Sequence record: SRR22947725_3567
Length of the DNA: 49,757 nt
Direction: 5' to 3' (one strand)
The stretch's first letter is position 1. Each line of letters opens with the position of its first letter. Both the position numbers and the translations under genes were made by a program. Positions 40,404-49,757 of the stretch are shown one piece after another. The notes below the pieces were generated by a model. That model had not been told where the DNA came from, ran no database searches, and saw only the letters and a list, made by a program, of their open reading frames with translations.

Positions 40404-40895
40404 ATGGCCGGCGATACGATCATCACCGTTGTGGGTAACCTCACCGCTGATCCCGAATTGCGGTACACGCAAAACGGCATCGCGGTTGCTAACTTCACCA
40501 TTGCCTCGACCCCTCGTTCCTTTGACCGGGCAACGGGTGAATGGAAAGACGGCGAAGCACTGTTCATGCGGGCCAGTGTCTGGCGTGAATTTGCGGAGCA
40601 CGTTGCTTCTTCCTTGACTAAGGGCTCTCGCGTTGTGGCCTCCGGCCGCCTTCGCCAGCGCTCCTATGAGACCAAAGAGGGCGAAAAGCGCACCTCTATT
40701 GAACTCGAGGTCGACGAAATTGGCCCCAGCCTTCGTTATGCCACCGCCCAGGTTCAGCGTCAGTCCTCAGGCTCCAAGCCGCAGGGTGCCGTTGACTCTT
40801 CCTGGAGCGCCCCCGAAGCCGGTGGCGCAACCCAGGACCCTTGGGCAAATGCTGCGACCACGGACGCACCTCCCGTTGAGGACGCACCCTTCTAA
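40404..40895 (+). CDS. ssb: Single-stranded DNA-binding protein
   Basis: [13 protein letters not shown] fold, acidic EDAPF tail. Confidence 0.97.
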   Translation: MAGDTIITVVGNLTADPELRYTQNGIAVANFTIASTPRSFDRATGEWKDGEALFMRASVWREFAEHVASSLTKGSRVVASGRLRQRSYETKEGEKRTSIELEVDEIGPSLRYATAQVQRQSSGSKPQGAVDSSWSAPEAGGATQDPWANAATTDAPPVEDAPF

Positions 40896-40939
40896 AACCT
40901 TCGAGGCGATTTCGCCTTCACAACAAGAAAGAAAACACC

Positions 40940-41200
40940 ATGGCAGGAAAATCGAGCGGCGACCGCCGCAAGCCCCGTATTGGTAAAGGCGGGAAGCCGC
41001 AGGCTCCCGTCAAGCCCATCACCGTGGGAGTCATTGACTACAAAGATGTCGCGACTCTTCGCCGCTTCATTTCCGAGCGCGGAAAGATTCGCGCTCGTCG
41101 TATTACCGGAGTCTCGGTGCAGGAGCAACGTCTTCTCGCTAAGGCAATCAAGAATGCACGCGAGATGGCTCTTTTGCCATACGCCGGTGCTGGACGCTAG
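40940..41200 (+). CDS. rpsR: 30S ribosomal protein S18 (Cys-free form)
   Basis: IDYKD...[13 protein letters not shown]...AREMALLPY. Confidence 0.97.
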   Translation: MAGKSSGDRRKPRIGKGGKPQAPVKPITVGVIDYKDVATLRRFISERGKIRARRITGVSVQEQRLLAKAIKNAREMALLPYAGAGR

Positions 41201-41208
41201 GGGACATC

Positions 41209-41661
41209 ATGGCAAAACTAATTTTGACCAATGAGGTCCAGGGTTTGGGAGCCGCCGGCGACGTCGTGGATGTCAAGAACGGGTACGCCCGAAACTTCTT
41301 GGTACCCCAGGGCTTTGCTGTCCCATGGAGCAACGGTGGACAAAAGCAGGTCGAGCAAATCAAGAATGCTCGGTTGGCAAAGGTTCAGGCCAGTGCTGAA
41401 GATGCCCTCGCCTTGAAGGCCTCTTTGGAGAAAAGCCCCATCACAATTTCCGTCAAGGCCGGTAAGACCGGCCGCCTCTTTGGTTCTGTTACCCGCACCA
41501 GCATCGTCGGTGCGATTGTGGCAGCAGGCATCACAGGGGTCGACAAGCGTGCCATCGAGATCCCTCAGGCCGTCAAGACCGTGGGTGAATCCGAAGCGCT
41601 CATCACCATTCACGAGGGCGTCATCGCTACGGTGAAGCTTGCGGTGGTCGCTGAAAAGTAA
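41209..41661 (+). CDS. rplI: 50S ribosomal protein L9
   Basis: LGAAGDVVDVKNGYARNFL, GRLFGSVT. Confidence 0.97.
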   Translation: MAKLILTNEVQGLGAAGDVVDVKNGYARNFLVPQGFAVPWSNGGQKQVEQIKNARLAKVQASAEDALALKASLEKSPITISVKAGKTGRLFGSVTRTSIVGAIVAAGITGVDKRAIEIPQAVKTVGESEALITIHEGVIATVKLAVVAEK

Positions 41662-41674
41662 GACATTTCTGCAC

Positions 41675-41713
41675 AATCAGGGGCCTTCCACTCAGGAGGG
41701 CCCCTGATTTTTT
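41675..41713 (+). terminator. Rho-independent terminator after rplI
   Basis: AATCAGGGGCC...GGCCCCTGATT followed by a T-run. Confidence 0.85.
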
Positions 41714-41722
41714 GTCACACAG

Positions 41723-41919
41723 TTCTCCACATCACGTCCCAAAAGGGTAAAACCCTAAACCCGCACTTTACACACATTCACCGCGGCATATTTGTTTATT
41801 TTCAAGGTCGATAAATCGCTGTTTATTTCTAACAATTTGGCTTCGAGGGCCTCGGTTATCCCCAGGCTATCCACATCGCCACGCGATTTTCCGGCGAGTT
41901 GCGCACAGGGTTATCCACA
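41723..41919. promoter_or_regulatory. DnaA-box cluster upstream of dnaB
   Basis: TTCTCCACA 41723, TTATCCCCA 41856, CTATCCACA 41867, TTGCGCACA 41899, TTATCCACA 41911. Confidence 0.7.
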
Positions 41920-42087
41920 GGCGATGTTGTCACGAGTGGCCCCGGTATCTAGTGTGGGGGAAGGCTTGAAAGTGTGGCCTCACGAACGAGAAAAAGACCT
42001 TCCATTGTGTGTCAGTCGATGGTGATAGACCTGGTGGTAGGACAGAGAACAGTGCGCTAATTGTGGCGCGTCGGAGGAGGAGCCAGA

Positions 42088-43461
42088 ATGTCGATCGCAC
42101 AGCTAGGCATTGTTCCAGACTCCCCGAACACCCCCAGCTATGGCGGCGAACGCACCCCTCCCCATGACACCCTTGCTGAGCAGGGGACTCTCGGAGGAAT
42201 GCTGCTAAGTAAAGATGCGGTCGCGGACGTCATTGAGGTCATCAAGGGTCGCGATTTTTACCTTCCCAAGCACGAAATCCTTTTCGATGCTCTTCTCAAC
42301 CTCTATTCCCACGGTGAGCCCACCGATGTTATTTCTGTCACCGATGAGCTGACGAAAACCGGTTTGCTGTCGAGGGCTGGGGGTGTCGACTACCTTCACA
42401 CGGTCGTCGGTCTGGTTCCCACGGCTGCCAGCGCCGGGCACTATGCCACGATCGTCGCTGACAAGGCAGTGCTGCGCCGCTTGGTGGATGCAGGAACACG
42501 AATTGCCAATATGGGTTACGCCAGCGAAGGAGAAGTTTCCGAGCTGGTTAATGATGCCCAGACAGAGATCTATCAGGTCGCTGGCGGTGTGGAGTCTGAG
42601 GATTATGTCCCACTAACCGATGCGGTGACCGCTGCGGTTGATGAAATCGAGGCAGCGAGAGGCCGAGATGGACAGATGGTGGGAGTGGCAACCGGGTTTG
42701 CCGAACTTGATTCGCTCACCAACGGTCTTCACCCCGGACAGCTCATCCTGATTGCCGCCAGGCCGGCTCTGGGTAAGTCAACTTTGGCTCTGGATCTGGC
42801 CCGATCTGCTGCCATTAAGCACAAAGAGCCCACGATTTTGTTCTCCCTCGAAATGGGCAAGTCTGAAATTGCGATGCGGCTGCTGTCCGCGGAGACATCC
42901 ATCCCTTTGCAAAAAATGCGTAAGGGAATGATCGAGGCCAACGATTGGAAAACCATCGCCGCAACGCGTGGCCGAATCGAAGCCGCGCCGCTGTATATCG
43001 ATGACAGCCCCAATATGACACTTGTTGAGATCCGGGCCAAGGCTCGTCGCTTGAAACAGCGGGTGGGTCTGAAAATGATCGTAATCGACTACTTGCAGTT
43101 AATGTCTTCGGGAAAGCGAGTCGAATCGCGACAGCAAGAAGTGAGTGAATTTTCCCGGGCTCTCAAGCTACTGGCCAAAGAGCTACAGGTTCCGGTTATC
43201 GCCCTTTCCCAGCTGAATCGTGGTCCTGAGCAGCGCGCAGACCGAAAGCCTCAGCTCAGTGACCTTCGGGAATCAGGTTCGCTGGAGCAGGACGCCGATA
43301 TGGTGATTTTGCTGCATAGGGAAAGTGCTTATGAAAAAGATAATCCCCGCGCAGGAGAGGCCGACCTGATCGTGGCGAAACACCGAAACGGCCCGACAGA
43401 CACCGTCGTTGTCGGTTTCCAAGGGCACTATTCGCGCTTCGCGGATATGCCCAGGGTGTAG
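42088..43461 (+). CDS. dnaB: Replicative DNA helicase DnaB (no intein)
   Basis: AEQGTLGGMLL, ARPALGKS, DYLQL, SQLNR, DLRESGSLEQDAD, KHRNGP; RBS GGAGGAGG. Confidence 0.97.
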   Translation: MSIAQLGIVPDSPNTPSYGGERTPPHDTLAEQGTLGGMLLSKDAVADVIEVIKGRDFYLPKHEILFDALLNLYSHGEPTDVISVTDELTKTGLLSRAGGVDYLHTVVGLVPTAASAGHYATIVADKAVLRRLVDAGTRIANMGYASEGEVSELVNDAQTEIYQVAGGVESEDYVPLTDAVTAAVDEIEAARGRDGQMVGVATGFAELDSLTNGLHPGQLILIAARPALGKSTLALDLARSAAIKHKEPTILFSLEMGKSEIAMRLLSAETSIPLQKMRKGMIEANDWKTIAATRGRIEAAPLYIDDSPNMTLVEIRAKARRLKQRVGLKMIVIDYLQLMSSGKRVESRQQEVSEFSRALKLLAKELQVPVIALSQLNRGPEQRADRKPQLSDLRESGSLEQDADMVILLHRESAYEKDNPRAGEADLIVAKHRNGPTDTVVVGFQGHYSRFADMPRV

Positions 43462-43502
43462 CCAGCATCTCTCAGGCGCTCTCGGCATAAGCTATCTAGG
43501 CG

Positions 43503-44066
43503 ATGACGGAGAATTCACGGAACCACACGCCTTATTGGGTTCTCGCGATGACTCGCGCAGGAGTACTTGTGATTCCGGGGCTCCTCATCACCTTCACCCC
43601 CGGACACACCGGAGCATTTGGATTGGTTGCCCTAGGGATTACCGCCCTCGTGCTTGCCGCACTCGTGGGATGGCTTTCCTTCGGTTTGCCTCGAGGTGAT
43701 CCAGGCCGTGGTTTCCACCTCTTTCAGGCGGCGGTGTCGCTTGGTATTGGCGTTGTTGCAGTTGCGCTCAACGGTGTTGGAATCGGCTTGTTGCTCTGGT
43801 GCGTGGTGGTGTGGGCGCTCCTCATGGGTGGGGCAGAAATGTTTGCTGGCTTCCGCGCGCCTCGTCGGAACATTCTTCGCCGCGACTGGATCACCCAGGG
43901 ACTCTTGACCGTGGGATTGGGATTGGTGGTGCTGACCCAGAGTGCAGACAGTGTCGCTGTGGTTGGTTTCCTAGGCGCCTGGGCTATCGTCATGGGTGTT
44001 TACCTCGCCATCGCTGCTATTACCCACAGAAGTATGGATAACGCCATGAAAGGTGCATCTACATGA
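43503..44066 (+). CDS. HdeD/DUF308-like membrane protein
   Basis: Six TM helices with an internally repeated pattern (WALLMGGAE; GAWAIVMGVY). Confidence 0.65.
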   Translation: MTENSRNHTPYWVLAMTRAGVLVIPGLLITFTPGHTGAFGLVALGITALVLAALVGWLSFGLPRGDPGRGFHLFQAAVSLGIGVVAVALNGVGIGLLLWCVVVWALLMGGAEMFAGFRAPRRNILRRDWITQGLLTVGLGLVVLTQSADSVAVVGFLGAWAIVMGVYLAIAAITHRSMDNAMKGAST

Positions 44067-44305
44067 GCCAGTCACGATCTTTCAACGCGCTGCGGCCGAT
44101 GGAATATGTCGCGCTCTCGGGGGTAGTCGCCCTCTTTGCGGGCGCGATTTTCCTCATGGTCACCAGGGACCCGCTGATCGCCTCGGTTGTTGTGGGCGGC
44201 GTTTTCGTCATCGTTATCATTGGCTTGGCCATGATGGTTCTCGCGATGAGCCCGAATAAGAAGCCCGAGGGCGAGTGGGATAAGCCAGATACCGGAAACG
44301 ACTAG
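44063..44305 (+). CDS. Small two-TM hypothetical protein
   Basis: ATGA overlap with the upstream gene; LRPMEYV, VTRD, two TM helices. Confidence 0.7.
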   Translation: MSQSRSFNALRPMEYVALSGVVALFAGAIFLMVTRDPLIASVVVGGVFVIVIIGLAMMVLAMSPNKKPEGEWDKPDTGND

Positions 44306-44307
44306 GA

Positions 44308-45696
44308 CTAGTCCAGATAATCCACGAGCTTCGACGCTAGACCCGTATATTTTTCCGGGGTCAGCGAAGCCAGGTGACTTTTCGCCTGATCAGAGATGTC
44401 CAATCCTTCGATAAATTCTCTGAGCATCTCTTGATTCACTTTTCGCCCTCGAGTGAGCTCTTTCACCACGGCATAGGGGTCGCTAATGCTCGAATTTCCG
44501 CGAGCGATTTCTGCTCGAATCACCGTTTGGATAGCTTCGGCGAGTACTTCCTGGTTTGCTGCCAGATCTGCCCCGAGGGCCTCAGGATTCAGGTCTATCT
44601 CGTTGAGACCCTTCGCCAGGTTTGCGAGAGCCACAAGAGAGTGACCCAGCGCAACACCAATATTGCGCTGGGTGGTGGAGTCGGTGAGGTCCCTTTGTAG
44701 TCGAGACGTCACCAGGGTGGCAGAAAGCGAATCGAGCAAGGCACTGGATATCTCGAGGTTCGCTTCCGCATTTTCAAAACGGATGGGGTTGATTTTGTGA
44801 GGCATCGTGGAGGATCCGGTGGCCCCGGGTTCAGGGATCTGGGTGAGATAGCCGAGCGAAATATAGGTCCACACATCGGTGCAGAGGTTGTGGAGCACAC
44901 GGTTCACGTGTGACACCGACTGAAACAGGCTCGACATCCCATCGTGGGATTCAATTTGGGTGGTCAGCGGGTTCCATTCCAAGCCCAAGCCTTCAACGAA
45001 GGATCTGCTGATGCTCTCCCAGTCCGCACCGGGCTCAGCGGAAAGGTGGGCGGAGAAGGTGCCCGTTGCGCCAGAGAACTTCGCTGGCAACATCACCGCA
45101 TCAATCGGGAGTGACACCCGGTCAAGCCGATGGACGAAAACAGCCAGCTCCTTGCCAAACGTTGTCGGCGTTGCCGGTTGCCCGTGGGTCCTGGAAAGGA
45201 GTGGTTCTTCCCGCCACAGAACCGCTAATTCCTTCAGACGGTTTCTGACGATGGCTAGAGCCGGCGACCAGACATCTTTCAAGCCCGCCTGGGTCACCAG
45301 CGCGTAGGAAACGTTATTGATGTCTTCGCTGGTGCAGCCAAAATGAACCAGCTCAGCCAACGAATCGAGCCCGTTGGTGTGGAGGACATCTCGGACGAAG
45401 TATTCGACGGCTTTCACGTCGTGCTTGGTGGTCGCTTCATAGGTGGCGATCGCGTCGATTTCAGCGGGGCCAAACTTTGTGGCCACTAAGCGCAGGTCGG
45501 CAATTTTTTCCGCAGCCAGAGGGCTGGTATCCGCAACTCCGGCGGCACAGAGGGCGATGAGCCATTCGATTTCCACCTGCACGCGAGCTCGGTTGAGCGC
45601 TGCTTCAGAGAAGTACTCGCCAAGGTCCTTGGTGGCGTCGCGATAGCGACCATCAAGGGGACTGAGGGGTTGGTGGCCCAAAGCTGACATGGTCAC
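44308..45696 (-). CDS. purB: Adenylosuccinate lyase
   Basis: LSPLDGRY, TKHDVKAVEY, HFGCTSED, RTHGQPA, GSSTMPHKINP. Confidence 0.96.
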   Translation of the reverse strand: MTMSALGHQPLSPLDGRYRDATKDLGEYFSEAALNRARVQVEIEWLIALCAAGVADTSPLAAEKIADLRLVATKFGPAEIDAIATYEATTKHDVKAVEYFVRDVLHTNGLDSLAELVHFGCTSEDINNVSYALVTQAGLKDVWSPALAIVRNRLKELAVLWREEPLLSRTHGQPATPTTFGKELAVFVHRLDRVSLPIDAVMLPAKFSGATGTFSAHLSAEPGADWESISRSFVEGLGLEWNPLTTQIESHDGMSSLFQSVSHVNRVLHNLCTDVWTYISLGYLTQIPEPGATGSSTMPHKINPIRFENAEANLEISSALLDSLSATLVTSRLQRDLTDSTTQRNIGVALGHSLVALANLAKGLNEIDLNPEALGADLAANQEVLAEAIQTVIRAEIARGNSSISDPYAVVKELTRGRKVNQEMLREFIEGLDISDQAKSHLASLTPEKYTGLASKLVDYLD

Positions 45697-45843
45697 CTTT
45701 CCTTCCGGGATGTTTCCCTTTCTCTATTCTCCCCTATCTCTGCTTGTCCACCAAGCAGCGCTCCACACTCTTGCTTCCATCGTCGAGACCCATCGCTTCG
45801 AAACCCTCTCCCATAGGTCAAGATGCCCTCCGGAAGGGTGGCG

Positions 45844-46071
45844 ATGAGTGCAGCGGGAATCGAGCAAGCTCTCGTCGAGGCCCGGGCGCTTCGGGAGCTA
45901 GCAGCAGGCATAAACCTTCACTCCACAGGGTCCGCCTGGCGCTCTCCCGCCCGAGATCGGTGTGATGTGAGGCTGGATGACCTGGAACGCCAGGCTCAGG
46001 TCATCGCGCGAAAGCTCGAGCTCTGGGCTGAGAATGAGGGCGCGGCATCACTTCGGGTCGAACACTTGTGA
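45844..46071 (+). CDS. Small helical protein, WXG100-like
   Basis: 75 aa; helix-WRSPA-helix pattern; stop overlaps the next start (GTGA). Confidence 0.55.
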   Translation: MSAAGIEQALVEARALRELAAGINLHSTGSAWRSPARDRCDVRLDDLERQAQVIARKLELWAENEGAASLRVEHL

Positions 46072-47195
46072 GCGATGAACTCTGGGTGAGTACGCCAGGA
46101 GCTGTCTGGGTGTCCGAAGACCATGTGCTTGCCTTGGCTGCCTATCTCGGAGAGTGCGAACAGAGACTGGACGTCACCCGAGAGTCTTTGGCGGGCATTC
46201 AGGTCGCCTCGCGAGACCCTTTCACAGAGGCCCTCAGCCATCTCCCCGCCCGGTCTTTGGCCCCGCTGGTGTTGGGGGTGGAGAAGCTGGCGAATGAGGC
46301 ACGCAGCCTGGGGGATGCGCTGAGCCACTATGCCCACAACAGCGCCGAACAGGAAAGGGCGCGAGTAAGAGCGTGGGAGGTGCCACGCGATCGGGTGCTG
46401 GCTCTCCTTGCGGTGACACTTGCGAGGGTGGACCCTGTCGCACCATTCGACCAGTGGGGCGTGAGTGAAGCCGCTCAGGCGGTGGTGGGGACTCCTGGCC
46501 CCCATCTCGTTGAGGTGACCGCGGTGGCAGCCGGTGAGGGCGGTCCGCTCCCAAGGGCAACAAACATCGCTGAACGGGTCGGTCGAATACCTGCGGGAGA
46601 AACCCCGATTCGAATCGAGCGCTATGTCACTGATTCGGGAGAGACGGAGATTGATGTCTACCTCGCGGGAACCCAAGAATGGGGCGTGGGGGCTACGGTC
46701 GAACCCTTCGACATGGAAAGCAATCTCGCGCTCGTGGCGGGTGTATCCGCAGCCTCGATGGTGGCGGTAGAGGCAGCTATGGGGAAGGCCGGGGTGAAGC
46801 CCGGCGACCGAGTGAGCTTTGTCGGACATTCCCAGGGAGGATTGCTCGCTGCCCGATTGGCTGAATCGGGGCGCTATGCCACCTCGAGCTTGCTGACTGT
46901 GGGGGCTCCCTTGGGGACGGTCGCGCCGAGCGGGAACTACCCGGCGCTTGCCATCTCACACCGTGATGATCTTGTTCCGGAATTGGGTGGCGCCTCGAAA
47001 CCCACGAGGATAACCCACGTGGAAACCCACAGTGGTGCGAATGCTTTTGATCTTGCAGGTGCGCATGCAAGAGAGGCGTATGTCGATACGGCAGCGCGAG
47101 TAGATGCCTCGCCCGCTAGAGAAAATTTTCCCCACTGGGAGAGCGCCGGCGAAGGGAACTCTCAGCTTTTTTCAGCGAAACGAGTGATGAATTAG
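46068..47195 (+). CDS. Alpha/beta-hydrolase (lipase-like) with helical N-terminal domain
   Basis: VYLAGT oxyanion region, GHSQGG nucleophile, HRDDLVP Asp, GAH His; no signal peptide. Confidence 0.78.
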   Translation: MSDELWVSTPGAVWVSEDHVLALAAYLGECEQRLDVTRESLAGIQVASRDPFTEALSHLPARSLAPLVLGVEKLANEARSLGDALSHYAHNSAEQERARVRAWEVPRDRVLALLAVTLARVDPVAPFDQWGVSEAAQAVVGTPGPHLVEVTAVAAGEGGPLPRATNIAERVGRIPAGETPIRIERYVTDSGETEIDVYLAGTQEWGVGATVEPFDMESNLALVAGVSAASMVAVEAAMGKAGVKPGDRVSFVGHSQGGLLAARLAESGRYATSSLLTVGAPLGTVAPSGNYPALAISHRDDLVPELGGASKPTRITHVETHSGANAFDLAGAHAREAYVDTAARVDASPARENFPHWESAGEGNSQLFSAKRVMN

Positions 47196-47611
47196 CGCCG
47201 TTTCTTGACCAGAGGACGCAACACCATGCCGATAATCCAGCTCGAGAGGCTGAGGACCAAAGCGCCAATTATTCCCCAATAGAAATCTTCCACGAGGAGA
47301 CCGAAGCCCAGGGCTTCGGAGACCAAGTTGACCAAGAGAAGAAGGACCCCGTTGACGATGAGAGAAACCAAACCGAGGGTGAGGATATATATCGGGAATG
47401 CCACGATTCGAATGGCATTGCCCACAATTCCATTGATGAGACCGAAGATGAAGGCGAAGAGCACATAACTCAAAACCAAGGGGAGGCTGGGTCCACCGGC
47501 AAAGAGCTCGGGTCCTTCTCCATACGCCTTCATGGTCAGACCCGGAACCACCCAGACGGCGACGGCCAAAGCCGCAGAGTTGACAAACAAGCGCATAAAG
47601 AAGCGAAGCAT
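47192..47611 (-). CDS. Phage holin family (YvlD/Phage_holin_4_2-like) chromosomal membrane protein
   Basis: NSAALAVAVWVVPG, FGLIN, PIYILTLGL..LIVNG. Confidence 0.85.
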   Translation of the reverse strand: MLRFFMRLFVNSAALAVAVWVVPGLTMKAYGEGPELFAGGPSLPLVLSYVLFAFIFGLINGIVGNAIRIVAFPIYILTLGLVSLIVNGVLLLLVNLVSEALGFGLLVEDFYWGIIGALVLSLSSWIIGMVLRPLVKKRR

Positions 47612-47736
47612 TCTCTAACTATGCCCCGCCGCGGAACTTTTTTCCACCGGCTTGTTCGCCGGCCACGATACACGCCGGTTGTGCTTGTCCGGTTTGGTTG
47701 GTGTGGGCGGGAAAGCGCCGCCGCTAGATTAGAGGC

Positions 47737-48852
47737 ATGGCATACACGGATGCGACTCTGCGGCTGTTGGGTCAAGACGGTGTCCTGGTCCATGACGATC
47801 GCGTAGAAAAGTACCACCACGCTATTGCGCATCTGGATGAAGCGGATTTCCGTGAGTTCTATCGCGTGATGAACGTGGTGCGCCGCTTCGACATCGAAGC
47901 CGGTAACCTCCAGCGCCAGGGACACATGGCCTTGTGGGTGCCCAGTATCGGGCAAGAGGCCGCTCAAGTCGGCTCTGGTTTTGCCAGCAGAGCCCAAGAC
48001 CACATTTTCCCGGCATATCGAGAACACTCCGTGGCCTACATCAAAGGCTTAGACCTCGTTGACATTATTCGAATGCTGCGCGGTGTCACCAACGGCGGGT
48101 GGGATCCCAAGAAGACCAATAATTTCCACTTGTACACCCTCGTCTTAGCAACTCAAACGTTGCATGCGACGGGATACGCCATGGGCATTGGATATGACGG
48201 TGCATGTTCGACCGGCGACCTGGAGAAGGACGAAGCTGTTCTGGTCTACTTCGGCGACGGTTCAACAAGCGAGGGCGACACGAACGAGGCGCTCATTTTT
48301 GCGCAGAGTTATCAAAACCCCCAAGTCTTTTTCTTGCAGAACAACCACTGGGCAATTTCCGTCCCGGTGCGAGTCCAGTCCAGGACGCCCCTGTTTGAAA
48401 GAGCGGCAGGATTTGGGCTGCCCAGTATTCAGATTGACGGCAACGACGTACTGATGAGTTACGCCTCGACCAGGCTCGCTTTGGATGCTGCCCGGTCGGG
48501 TCAGGGCCCACACTTCATCGAAGCCTTGACATACCGAATTGGCGCTCACACCACCAGTGACGACCCCACCAAGTATCGCGATGAAGACGAGTTGAAGTTC
48601 TGGCAAGCACACGACCCCATCGATCGCTTCACGACCTTCTTGGAGGCACGCGGCGTGGAGAGTTCCTTCTTCGCCGCGGTGACCGAAGAAGCCGAGGACT
48701 ACGCAGCGGATGTGCGGAAGCGGACTCTCGCGATTGAGGACCCACCCGTGGAAGAAATCTTCCAGCACGTCTATAGCGAAAACCACCCGGTGATGGCAGA
48801 AGAGCTTGCGTGGCTCAAGACCTACAACGCGTCGTTTGAGGCGGGTGCGTGA
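47737..48852 (+). CDS. pdhA: Pyruvate/2-oxoacid dehydrogenase E1 alpha subunit
   Basis: GQEAAQVG, TPP motif GDGSTSEGD...NN, YRIGAHTTSDDP. Confidence 0.9.
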   Translation: MAYTDATLRLLGQDGVLVHDDRVEKYHHAIAHLDEADFREFYRVMNVVRRFDIEAGNLQRQGHMALWVPSIGQEAAQVGSGFASRAQDHIFPAYREHSVAYIKGLDLVDIIRMLRGVTNGGWDPKKTNNFHLYTLVLATQTLHATGYAMGIGYDGACSTGDLEKDEAVLVYFGDGSTSEGDTNEALIFAQSYQNPQVFFLQNNHWAISVPVRVQSRTPLFERAAGFGLPSIQIDGNDVLMSYASTRLALDAARSGQGPHFIEALTYRIGAHTTSDDPTKYRDEDELKFWQAHDPIDRFTTFLEARGVESSFFAAVTEEAEDYAADVRKRTLAIEDPPVEEIFQHVYSENHPVMAEELAWLKTYNASFEAGA

Positions 48853-49757
48853 TGGACGAGGTTCCGATGGCAAAAGCCATCAACGAGGGTTTGCGGGCCG
48901 CCATGGTCGAAAACAACAAAGTAATGATCATGGGCGAGGACATTGCCCAGCTGGGCGGGGTCTTCCGGGTGACCGAGGGGCTCCAGGAGCAATTTGGACC
49001 CAATCGCGTGGTTGATACCCCCTTGGCCGAGTCAGGAATTGTCGGCACTGCTATCGGGCTTGCCATGCGGGGATATCGCCCCATCTGTGAGATTCAGTTT
49101 GACGGCTTTATTTATCCGGCACTCGATCAAATCATCAGCCAATTGGCGAAACTGACGGCCAGGCACGCCGGAACCCAATCGTTTCCCGTGGTGATCCGGA
49201 TTCCCTATGGCGGTCACATTGGTGCAATTGAGCACCACCAGGAAAGCCCCGAGGCGTACTTTGCCCACACCCCGGGACTCCGGGTCATTTCTCCGGCAAC
49301 TCCCCATGATGCCTATTGGATGATTCGAGAAGCCATTGCGTGTGACGACCCAGTGATCTATCTCGAACCCAAGAGCCGGTATTGGTACAAAGGCCCCGTC
49401 GATGATGCATCACCCGGGGTCGACACTTACCGTGCCCGGGTTGCCCGGGAAGGGTCAGATGTGACGCTGGTTGGTCACGGTGCGATGGTCAGCATGTTGC
49501 ACCAGGCCGCCGAAGTCGCCCAGGGTGAAGGCGTCAGCGCAGAAGTCATCGACCTTCGGTCGCTTTCCCCCATCGACTACGCAACGATCGAGGCATCGGT
49601 GGCAAAAACGAAGCATTTGGTCGTCGCCCAGGAGGCACCCGGCAATGTCAGCGTCGGTAGTGAAATAGCAGCGACCATGACAGAAAAAGCTTTTTATGTA
49701 ATGGAGGCCCCGGTGTTGCGGGTGAGCGCCTTTAACACCCCGTTCCCCCCCGCCCGC
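48852..49757 (+). CDS. pdhB: Pyruvate/2-oxoacid dehydrogenase E1 beta subunit (3'-truncated by the window)
   Basis: ATG overlaps the pdhA stop; MAKAINEGL...GEDIAQLGGVFRVTEGL...DTPLAESGI...EHHQESPE. Confidence 0.9.
   Translation, partial: MDEVPMAKAINEGLRAAMVENNKVMIMGEDIAQLGGVFRVTEGLQEQFGPNRVVDTPLAESGIVGTAIGLAMRGYRPICEIQFDGFIYPALDQIISQLAKLTARHAGTQSFPVVIRIPYGGHIGAIEHHQESPEAYFAHTPGLRVISPATPHDAYWMIREAIACDDPVIYLEPKSRYWYKGPVDDASPGVDTYRARVAREGSDVTLVGHGAMVSMLHQAAEVAQGEGVSAEVIDLRSLSPIDYATIEASVAKTKHLVVAQEAPGNVSVGSEIAATMTEKAFYVMEAPVLRVSAFNTPFPPAR

Noticed and set aside
42088-43461. Possible intein in DnaB (GyrA also checked)
   Set aside because: Lengths are normal and the motifs are contiguous, with no insertion.
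47192-47611. Holin-family gene as evidence of a prophage
   Set aside because: No endolysin, structural or integrase genes are nearby. This family is commonly chromosomal in Actinobacteria.

Overview
Replication-origin region of a high-GC actinobacterial chromosome. Gene order and protein sequences suggest a streamlined Microbacteriaceae genome (inference). Left to right: pknA 3' end, pknB, pabA/trpG, crgA, rhomboid protease and ppiA. Then an accessory block of about 11 kb: an osmoprotectant ABC transporter with a divergent IclR regulator, an EamA transporter, DUF1349, a stand-alone TipAS protein, several membrane proteins, and a small AT-richer islet at the 3' end of tRNA-Ala. Then tRNA-Ala, tRNA-Ile, gyrA, gyrB, dciA, recF, dnaN, oriC, dnaA; rpmH-rnpA-yidD-yidC-jag-rsmG-parAB; a Ddl-like ligase with a PLP aminotransferase; trxAB, murJ, DUF6049-like, CCA-adding enzyme; rpsF-ssb-rpsR-rplI; dnaB; purB; a WXG100-like/lipase-like gene pair; a holin-family membrane protein; pdhA and pdhB (truncated by the window). 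Three perfect parS sites are present. Most of the window is housekeeping. The least ordinary structure is the 1.2-kb integrase-free islet (15193-16399). It is bounded by a tRNA-Ala 3' direct repeat and contains a nested tRNA-Ser-type att-like pair and three different tandem repeats resembling integrase arm sites, around one oxidoreductase gene. No CRISPR array, transposase or integrase was seen.
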